DNA of 63,583 nt, counting the filler, from Guillardia theta CCMP2712 (lineage: Eukaryota; Protista; Cryptophyta), in the NCBI RefSeq assembly GCF_000315625.1. It is 8 parts of 8 records of this genome, joined end to end, with 100 filler letters (N's around TTAATTAATTAA, not from the genome) between each part and the next. Parts side by side here need not be neighbours in the genome. Positions count along the whole stretch, not along the records: positions 50,917 to 58,876 come from NW_005434244.1; positions 58,977 to 63,583 come from NW_005434286.1; 6 more parts are not named here. The stretch is one strand, 5' to 3'. The position numbers and the translations under genes are program-made. Of the stretch, positions 53,710 to 63,583 are shown one piece after another. A model generated the notes under the pieces. The model ran no database searches. It was not told the origin of the DNA and saw nothing but the letters and a program-made list of their open reading frames with translations. The number at the start of each line of letters is the position of its first letter. Within the stretch, counting starts at the first letter, position 1.

Positions 53710-54159
53710 ATGAAGACTCCCCTCTCCTCTGTCACCACCGTCTCCCCCCGCCCTCGCAGCAGCCTGCCCCTCGCCCCCTCCCCTCCTCCCCCAGTCACCC
53801 TCGACATGGAGACGCTCAGGCCGCTCTTCTGTCTGCCTCAGCCTGTCGCTGCTCGATGTCTCGGGGTCTCGCTCTCCTCCCTCAAGCTCGCTTGCCGCCG
53901 CCTGGGCGTACAAAGGTGGCCGTACAAGGCCGCGAGACCCCCGGCCAAGTCGCCGACCTCAGCGCCCCAGGGCTGCAGCCAAGCAGCGCCCCAGGGCTGT
54001 AGCTCGGGAGGCCGCGGCCCGGCAGACAAGCCCTCGGGCTGCACGTACCGGAGGCTGAGGTGGATCGACCTGGGGCTCTTCGACCTGCTTGAGGACAGCA
54101 TGAAGCACGTGGCGGGGACGGGCTTCCTGGTGGAGGGCCGGGGAGGCAGAGGGAGATGA
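53710..54159 (+). CDS. RWP-RK domain transcription factor, copy 2
   Basis: Same RWP-RK motif; 149 aa. Confidence 0.9.
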   Translation: MKTPLSSVTTVSPRPRSSLPLAPSPPPPVTLDMETLRPLFCLPQPVAARCLGVSLSSLKLACRRLGVQRWPYKAARPPAKSPTSAPQGCSQAAPQGCSSGGRGPADKPSGCTYRRLRWIDLGLFDLLEDSMKHVAGTGFLVEGRGGRGR

Positions 54160-55404
54160 GGGGGCAGGCGAAGGGTTGGTAACGCCCGAGGGTGTAGCAG
54201 GGCAGCAGAGCTGATGTAAGAAGAGTGTGTGTATGGGCTAGGCTTGAAAGGGAGCTTGGCAAGTAAATAAACCACCTTCCTCATACCAGCGGGGGGGCAA
54301 GGGTCATTCGGTAGCCATGCGTCTGCCATGGCCGACCCGCGGCTGGGGCCATGAGCACCAGGAGACAGCGCGTGAGTCCTGGGAGTCTACGGCAAGACCT
54401 GCACAGTCCCACGCCCAGCTGTAGAGGCCGGCGAGGGCTAGAGACGCCTCCCCGGGGAGGAGCCTGAGAGCGGCAGAGGCTGAGTCAGGACCGGACGTGA
54501 TAGGAGGTCGGAGCTCGAGACCGAGTGACTGGTCGAGCTGGTCCAAGGAGGAGGAGCAGGCCCAGAGCTCGCCCCGAGACTATGAGGGTGTGAGGACGTG
54601 CTTCAACGGCTTGAGGCCTTGGAGAGGGAGGTCGTTGACAGCACCAGGACGAGCGCAGCTCTGAGGGCACCTGAGTGAGGTTCTGTCACCCCCCGAAGCT
54701 TTACGGGTGGCAGATGTCCATGGCGAATGCTCAAGGCACCTCCGCGGGACCACACGCAAAGGTGAGATACCACCCGTACTCGTCACTCTCTGTCGCCCAA
54801 CAGGGGTTGTACTCCCGAAGTCCAGCAGCCTTGCTGCCCTCGTGGCTGTAAGACACGACCATAGCTTCTCTTGCTGCCCCGTCCTGCTCAATAAGACTCC
54901 TTCCTGCGCAGGCTTGAGCTCGCCTTCACAGAGCTCTGATGGGATCGTCGTGTCGCTCTACATCGTATCCGCAAGGCAGGCGGTATGATGACTTTTGACT
55001 GTCCGAGTCAGATGTTGAGGAACCAGCACGTTTGACTCTCGCAACGGTCACGTGACTCTACCTGTCAGATTTATTTGGCGGCTTCTCCCTGCCAACCGAG
55101 CTCCTTTCAAAGTAACCTCCGAAGGTCCGGGGACAACTTTGACTGTCAGCTGACAGGAAAGGCCCATGACTCCTGTCCCCCTTCAAGGTCTGGCGACGAA
55201 ATATAGCCTGTTAAAGCAGGAACAGTCGCTCCTCATACCAACAAAAGATTTTGATATATAGCTTACAGTCGCTCCAACTACCCCCTTTTATAGCTCCCCT
55301 CCCCTCCTGCCCACCGCTCGCTCGTCCTCTCTCTCTGTCTGCTGCTGCAGCGAGCTTCCCTCTTCAAGCCCTCCCCTCCGACCTCTTCCTCGGCCTTCTC
55401 CTCC

Positions 55405-55857
55405 ATGAAGACTCCCCTCTCCTCTGTCACCACCGTCTCCCCCCGCCCCCGCAGCCGCCTGCTCCTCGCCCCCTCCCCTCCTCCCCCCGTCACCCTCGAC
55501 ATGGAGACGCTCAGGCCGCTCTTCCCTCTGCCTCAGCCTGTCGCTGCTCGATGTCTCGGGGTCTCGCTCTCCTCCCTCAAGCTCGCTTGCCGCCGCCTGG
55601 GCGTACAAAGGTGGCCGTACAAGGCCGCGAGAGCCCCGGCCAAGCCGCCGACCTGCTCAGCGCCCCAGGGCTGCAGCCAAGCAGCGCCCCAGGGCTGTAG
55701 CTCGGGAGGCCGCGGCCCGGCAGACAAGCCCTCGGGCTGCACGTACCGGAGGCTGAGGTGGATCGACCTGGGGCTCTTCGACCTGCTTGAGGACAGCATG
55801 AAGCACGTGGCGGGGACGGGCTTCCTGGTGGAGGGCCGGGGAGGCAGAGGGGAATGA
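55405..55857 (+). CDS. RWP-RK domain transcription factor, copy 3
   Basis: Same RWP-RK motif; 150 aa. Confidence 0.9.
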   Translation: MKTPLSSVTTVSPRPRSRLLLAPSPPPPVTLDMETLRPLFPLPQPVAARCLGVSLSSLKLACRRLGVQRWPYKAARAPAKPPTCSAPQGCSQAAPQGCSSGGRGPADKPSGCTYRRLRWIDLGLFDLLEDSMKHVAGTGFLVEGRGGRGE

Positions 55858-56411
55858 GAAGACGGGGAGGAAGGAGGGGGCAGGCGAAGGGTTGGTAACG
55901 CCCGAGGGTGTAGCAGGGCAGCAGAGCTGATGTAAGAAGAGTGTGTGTATGGGCTAGCCTCCAAAGGGAGCTTGGCAAGTAAATAAACTGTACGATCTGA
56001 AGCGAAGCCCTGTAAGAGACCGGGAGGGTGCGAGAATATCTGAGAGGACCTGGAGAAGGGGCGGGGGAGGCCGAGCAATCTAAGGGTGGAGGGAGGGGTT
56101 GTCAAGAGCTCGATAGGAGACTCTCAGGGAGGAAGGTCATCGATGGCCGATCAGAACTGGCTTGGTTAGTTAGAAGTCACAAGTCGTTTCGCGGTGAGCC
56201 CGGCCATGGGCCAGCATAACTGTTACTGTAACCACCAACCACACTGACCGCACTGACAAGATACCATCATGTTAGCTGTATGTCGGCCGCCCTGTAGCAC
56301 AGCCAGCCATGTCGGTGGCGCCAGCGTTGCCAGACCCCCGAGGTTGAGATGGGTCCAAGCTTCCCTAGCATTTCTCGATCCGATCAACATACAAATGATT
56401 GTGGGATAGAA

Positions 56412-56700
56412 CTATCAGAGATCTGTGAAGGCGGGCTGAAGCCTCCACAAGAAGGAGTCTTATTGAGCAGGAGGGGGCAGCAAGAGAAGCTATGGTCTGG
56501 TCTTACAGCCACGAGGGCAGCAAGAGAAGGAGTCACAGGAGGAGAAGGAAGGAGGCGAGGGAAGGAGAAGGGAGAACTTGAAAGGGAAGCCTGCAACCGA
56601 GGGAGAAAAAGGGAGATAGCGGGGGCAGGAGGGGAATACTGAGTGGGGAAGTAATGTACTGGGGAGCGACTGTTTCTGCTTCATCAGGCAACATTTCGTT
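56412..56700 (-). repeat. Degenerate inverted fragment of the RWP-RK array non-coding sequence
   Basis: Reverse complement of CTTGCTGCCCTCGTGGCTGTAAGAC..CTCAATAAGACTCCTTC..CGCCTTCACAGA and of GAAATATAGCCTGTTAAAGCAGGAACAGTCGCTC. Confidence 0.8.
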
Positions 56701-57027
56701 CCTTTGGGATCGTGGGATGCTTCAGTCACGATACTGTCAAACATGTTTCTTCCACAGATATACTTGCTGGTCACCATAGCTACAGTGGCCGACGGGTATC
56801 ATAACGAGATACTCTACAAGATCTTCAAAGGCCCTCGGCCCTGATGCAGCTCCCGGCGCCCGGGCCTTCGCTCGCTCGCTCGTTCATCAATGGACTAGCT
56901 CGGCCTCGTCGAATTCCTTGGTTACAAACTCCGACCTGAGAGAGTAAAAGCCCGTCAGCAAGGCCTGATACTGAGCAAGTTCACTCACTGTAGAATGTCT
57001 TGCATGGTCCCTTCATCCTCTCCGCCT

Positions 57028-58623
57028 TCATCCTCGCAAGGAACGTAATCGAGACGGTACCTGAGCACGATCAACGCAGAGGAGAGAGTGAAGTCTGTAG
57101 TACCTCGGGTTGTCCGCTGGGTTGGAGTAGAAATGCTCCAGGAAGTTGAACTGGACCTCCTCCAGAGTGACGTCATCTATCATCTTGCAAATGAGCAGAG
57201 CCAGCTCGAACTTGCTCAGCCGATTCTCATTCACGTCTCGGAGGGACTCGGAGAGATCGCTATTCCTCTGCTTCTCGCAGACCATCTGGTAGAAAAGGAT
57301 CGCAAGAGACGTGATAGCCGAGATCAAGAGATTGCGCGAATTCTCAGGGCCGATGCTCAGTAGTATCATGTTGAAGAGTATGTTGGATACTGTCGTGAGC
57401 TTGTTGTCCGAATCTCGGATCGACGGTTTGATCTGCCTCCGGAAATTGTTCGAGATTACCAACTCTTTGATTCTGTACAGGGAAGACAAGTTGAGAGCCA
57501 TGAGTGAGAAAATCTGAATCTGCTGCGCGAAAGATCGGTGGAGAAAAACTTTGAGCGGATCTCGCTGCAGCTGCCGCCCCAGTGCTTTGAGCACCACAAG
57601 GTTGTGGGCTCGCCTCTGTGAGTCTCCGCCGAGGTAGTGCTCGAAGATCCAGCAGAGCGGCCAGACGAGGAGGAAGGAGAGGACCACAAGAACCAGGCTG
57701 AGCGCAATCAAGACGAGGAAAGCTAGCAGCCAGAAGGCATAATAGGTCAACGGGTAGAACTCCTTCACTAGGAGAATGGCGCAGATCCTTAGCGAGGCCG
57801 TCTGCGCTTCGTCGTCACTGATGCCTGGTATGGGGGGAGATGTAAACTGCCACCAGTCGGCTCGACTTCGGAGGATCAGGAAGCATCCCCGGACTTGGAA
57901 GAAGAGAGTGTACAGGAGGAAGATAATCGAGACGCTGTTGTTGAAATATTCGCTCTCGCTCCGCCATGGAGGGATCTTCCTGCTGAGGAGGTTGAGGGTT
58001 CCGGCTCTGATAGTCCTGTATGAATGCTTCAAGCCCTCGTGGTTGCTGTAGGTCGAATCCGACGGGGTCGCCCCCTTCTCACTCACGGTCCCTCGGTACC
58101 GATGTAGCAGGTACCGGGCAAACCCTTTGTCCGTCTTGGCGTTTCCTTCCTCCAAACTCTCGAGGGGCTCGAACTGAAGCTGCCTGTTATCCTTCTGGTA
58201 CTTCACACGAATGGGGAATACAGTTCCCTCCTCCAGCTGATTGATGCTCGCTAGCGCCTTGGTGAAGTGTTCGTAGGCTTGCTGGCCATGCGCGGAGCGC
58301 TCCGGTTCAACTTTGAGCTTCTTCTCCTCCACGCTCTCATAGCCAGCCAGCTCCTTGAACCAGGTGTAGTTTCCTCCCAGATATCGCTCCTCCTCTGGCC
58401 TGCAGTAGATGTCCCAAGGATGCCTCTTGTGGACGTCAGGGTCGAATGGTTGGCCTGTCGTGGGATGACTTTCGTAAGGACGTCCTGTGAACGGGTCGAT
58501 GTTGGGCTCTCCCAGGTCCTGGCTCCCCCAGAAGGCATCGACAAGCTGTCCTCTGCTCTCCTGAAGGAGGAAAACAGGATGAAGCCTCCCCAGGACCCTT
58601 CGTAGCGTGTAAGCCCCGCTCAT
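57028..58623 (-). CDS. Large uninterrupted ORF, multi-pass membrane protein of unknown function (likely start MSGAYTLRR)
   Basis: About 530 codons without a stop; soluble N-terminal half, then several hydrophobic segments. Confidence 0.7.
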   Translation of the reverse strand: MSGAYTLRRVLGRLHPVFLLQESRGQLVDAFWGSQDLGEPNIDPFTGRPYESHPTTGQPFDPDVHKRHPWDIYCRPEEERYLGGNYTWFKELAGYESVEEKKLKVEPERSAHGQQAYEHFTKALASINQLEEGTVFPIRVKYQKDNRQLQFEPLESLEEGNAKTDKGFARYLLHRYRGTVSEKGATPSDSTYSNHEGLKHSYRTIRAGTLNLLSRKIPPWRSESEYFNNSVSIIFLLYTLFFQVRGCFLILRSRADWWQFTSPPIPGISDDEAQTASLRICAILLVKEFYPLTYYAFWLLAFLVLIALSLVLVVLSFLLVWPLCWIFEHYLGGDSQRRAHNLVVLKALGRQLQRDPLKVFLHRSFAQQIQIFSLMALNLSSLYRIKELVISNNFRRQIKPSIRDSDNKLTTVSNILFNMILLSIGPENSRNLLISAITSLAILFYQMVCEKQRNSDLSESLRDVNENRLSKFELALLICKMIDDVTLEEVQFNFLEHFYSNPADNPRYYRLHSLLCVDRAQVPSRLRSLRG

Positions 58624-58976
58624 TCCGCCATAGCTCCAAATCCGGCAGGGAGGAGGGGGTTGTGGTAGAAATAGGGAGAAATGTGGGGTAGTGAAGGTAG
58701 TGAGAAGAATTGAAGGGTACTCTCTGGGAACAAAGGGGGTAGGGGTGATGGAGGTAATGATTGAGTAAGTGGAGGGGGTAGGGGTGGGAGGGGTGGTAAA
58801 AATAGGGGTACAAATGAAGGGAGAAAAGGGGGTCATTGTATTGTAATATATTGACGGGTGGGGAGAGGGATGCGGCNNNNNNNNNNNNNNNNNNNNNNNN
58901 NNNNNNNNNNNNNNNNNNNNTTAATTAATTAANNNNNNNNNNNNNNNNNNNNNNNNNNNNNNNNNNNNNNNNNNNN

Positions 58977-60734
58977 TTCCCCTCCCTTTTTCCTCCTCGT
59001 TCATCACCAAGTAAAAGTAGCCGCAGAAATCTCCCGATGACGGGTCGGACACCTGAACGCCACGGGGTGTGAGGAGACAAAGAGCGAGGAGAGAGGGAGA
59101 CAAAGAGCGAGGAAGGTTGAGGAGAGGAGGAGGAAGAGCTTTCATAGGCCGAGACTCACCTCGAACATCTCGACGTCTGGGTGCCAGAGCTTCTGTGGGT
59201 TTTCAACCTGCAATGGCAACCAAATTGGATGAGAAACTAAGGGGAGGAGGACGAGGGAGGGAGGAAAGGAGGGCGAGGGAGCTGTACGTAGGGGGATGAA
59301 AGAGAGGAGTAAGTGAAAGAGGAAGGGGAAGATGGGGATGGGGATGGGGATGGGGATGGGGATGGGGATGAGGATGAGGATGAGGATGAGGATGAGGATG
59401 AGGATGAGGATGAGGATGAGGATGAGGATGGATTTGTGAACGATGGACACCTGAGTGAAGGTCAAGCCAAGGATCTGCTGGTACGCGTCGATGAGGCCTG
59501 ACACGGTGTGAAAAATGAGACACGGAAAGGAAAAGAGATGAGGAGAAGGAAGAGAAGAAAGAGGAGGAGGTGCATGAGGGGGAGCAGGAGCAGGAAGAGG
59601 AGGGAAAGCTCCTTCACCTTGCTTGACGACATTGAGAGGGAAGTATTCACAAATCACGTCCTCGTTCACCGAGAACTCCTTCTCCGCCAGGAGCGTGTGA
59701 TAGTACTGGAAGTCCCACGAGTTGATCTTGCCATCGAACTCCTCCTTCCTTCCCTTCTTCTCCTCCTCCTTGAGCTTCAGCAGCTTCCCCAGCTCCTCCC
59801 TAGCTGGGGGGATCAACCGCGGGATGAGCTTGTCGTACATCTCCTGCACCGCCGCCGTCGTCTTCGCCATGCGCAGCTCCAAGATGTAGGCGGCATGCGA
59901 CTCGTAGCCCAGCAGCTCTGCGAGCTCAGACCGGAGCTGGAGGGCGTCCTCGAGGAGGGGGGTGTTGACTTCCTGGCACTGGACGGAGCGGAGGCTGTCG
60001 AGGGCTCGTCGGGTCGCCTCCACCTTGCACTTCTTCATCGCGGGGAAGAGCTCGGGATACTTGAGGGAAACAAACTTCTTCCCGTCCTCCGCGCTCTCCA
60101 GGCTCGACAGGTAGTCGTCGGACAGGCCCTCGAGCTCGCTGAGAGAGAAAGAGAGCTTTGCCGTGTCCTCGTTGAGGTTCTTCTGGAACTGAACCTCCTT
60201 CTCCGACAGCTGCTTCTTCAACTCCGTGATTCTCTCCCTCTTCGCAGGGTCCAGATGCAAACCGTCTCTCTTGAAGTCGAGGATTAGACGGTCCACGTAC
60301 CGCTGCGCCTCATGCCCGAGCTTCTCCCCGCTCTTCCTCCTCTCCTCCTCGTACGCCATTACCGCCTTGTACAGGTCCTCCCGCATGTAGAAGTCCACAG
60401 AGAACTTGCGCAGGTCCTCGTCTGCCTCCTGCGAGGCTTCACGGATCTTGGCGTCCGACGAGACGTGCATGGCAAAGTCGCAGCTAGAGGACATCGGGCT
60501 CAGCTCGAGGTCCATCTTGGCAAGAGGAGCGATGGTGTTCTCGAAAGTCCTCCTCCCTTCCACGTTGACGACCTGGTCTCCGACCTCTGTCATCCTGTGG
60601 GTAACCATTAGAAAGCGCGCGGAGAGCAGTGAGGGCGCGATGAGCGACTCTTACTTCCTCTTGATCTCCTCGGAGAGAGACTTGATCTCGTCAGTTGTCA
60701 GGTCGAACCTGACCTTGTTCTCTTTGCTGCACAT
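58977..60734 (-). CDS. THOP1: M3A metallopeptidase (thimet oligopeptidase/neurolysin), 5' part; catalytic HExxH half lost at gap
   Basis: RTFENTIAPLA..HVSSDAKIREAS..MREDLYKAV..FKRDGLHL..VSLKYPE..LLGYESHAAYILELRMAK..WDFQYY..EYFPL..WHPDVEMFEV..GDFCGYFYL. Confidence 0.93.
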
Positions 60735-61641
60735 GTTAGCTCCTGCCACAAGTCTTAGAGAGTTCTCGCCTCCATCCTCCATTTCCTGCCGCCCATCGTC
60801 GGAGATTCGTTAGGACTTCCCTCTCATCCCATCATCAGGGTTGTCATGCCAACATCGCTACATGTTCATTCACTTCCGTTCGGTTCACATGCTCATACAA
60901 CACTGTAGCACTCTTCGTACCCTTCTTGCCTCTACTTGTCCTCCCTGACTCTAATCCTGTCTTCATACATGTTCGCTCGACTACATCTCATCCCGCCGCA
61001 TCCTCCTCTCCCTGCTAAGTTTCTTCATTCTCCAGGTGTGGCTGCTGCTGCACCCGCTCCTCCTCCTCCTCCTCATTCTCTTCATCGCATCCGGATTTGC
61101 TCGTTTCCCCTGCATCGCTATTGAACCTGTAAACTGGAGGGGTAGGGTGGTACGAAATAGAAACTTGATTTCGACTGGTAGGTGGTCTAAAAATGACCCT
61201 CAATGTGTAGTGATAATACTATGCTAATTGCGAGGGGTGGGGTAATGACACCACCAGTGAGTACATTGGGGGGTCCTTTCTTGATGAGTCAGTGGTTTAG
61301 CCCTCATCTCCTCCATGACCGGGCCCGGCATTCTTCTGACACGCCGTGACCGGGCCCGGACTCAGGCTGCAAGCCTCCCGGCCGGGCGGCAGCCGAAACC
61401 TTGTCACGGTACGTGACTTGACTTGCGGCCGCGCACGATCCACACGCGGCGATGGGCCGCCCGGGCCCGGCAGAGGGGGCCGGGAACTTCCGAACTCACC
61501 GCCGCCTCCCCGGCGGTTCTCACCGTTGCCTCAGTTCTCACTCGGCGGAGGCTATTGGGCCGGCAGCCTGAGGTTTACCCTCATCCCCTACAGGCCCATC
61601 AAAGGAGAGGCGGATCGCTCTGGATCGCTAGTGGTTTGCCC

Positions 61642-63583
<1,942 letters not shown>

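Larger units (their letters stand above)
50917..55990 (+). repeat. Tandem segmental array (1.7-1.9 kb units) with a separately repeated module of about 330 bp
   Basis: Near-identical units. Module copies at about 50917-51229, 51260-51589, 52975-53302, 53332-53447 (partial) and 54890-55219. Confidence 0.95.

Noticed and set aside
58877-58976. Apparent truncation of THOP1 (and of UTP7, TerC, the ABC1 kinase and the ankyrin gene)
   Set aside because: The breaks coincide with assembly gaps, so they are not evidence of pseudogenes.

Overview
Eukaryotic nuclear DNA from an alga with a complex red-type plastid. A cryptophyte such as Guillardia theta is the best fit (inference): GC-rich genes split by many short microsatellite-filled introns, an SP+AF bipartite plastid-targeting presequence, a TerC gene and multiple RWP-RK genes. 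Seven N-padded TTAATTAATTAA linkers and two long N gaps fragment the window, so several genes are truncated and synteny across linkers is unproven. Recognisable host genes: secreted LRR protein, ABC1/ADCK kinase, triple-CCCH (TTP-like) protein, plastid-targeted glycine-zipper protein, filamin-PH-HECT E3 ligase, Zn-amidohydrolase-like protein, UTP7/WDR46, a 4-TM protein, GNAT acetyltransferase, ankyrin protein, TerC, a tyrosine-kinase-RING fusion, three tandem RWP-RK genes and an M3 (thimet) oligopeptidase. The standout is an approximately 4 kb AT-rich, intronless, strongly strand-skewed island (about 25150-29100) that looks like an endogenised giant-virus (NCLDV) fragment. It carries a WxxLSxNP-repeat protein with an F-box-like motif, a second F-box-like ORF and a frameshifted SSB-like gene. 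Other candidates: a repeat/spacer cluster at 8.3-10.3 kb, the RWP-RK array with a separately amplified palindrome-rich upstream module, and a recurrent intergenic TTAACTTTGAGTAAA motif. All homology calls come from reading motifs by eye; no database searches were run.
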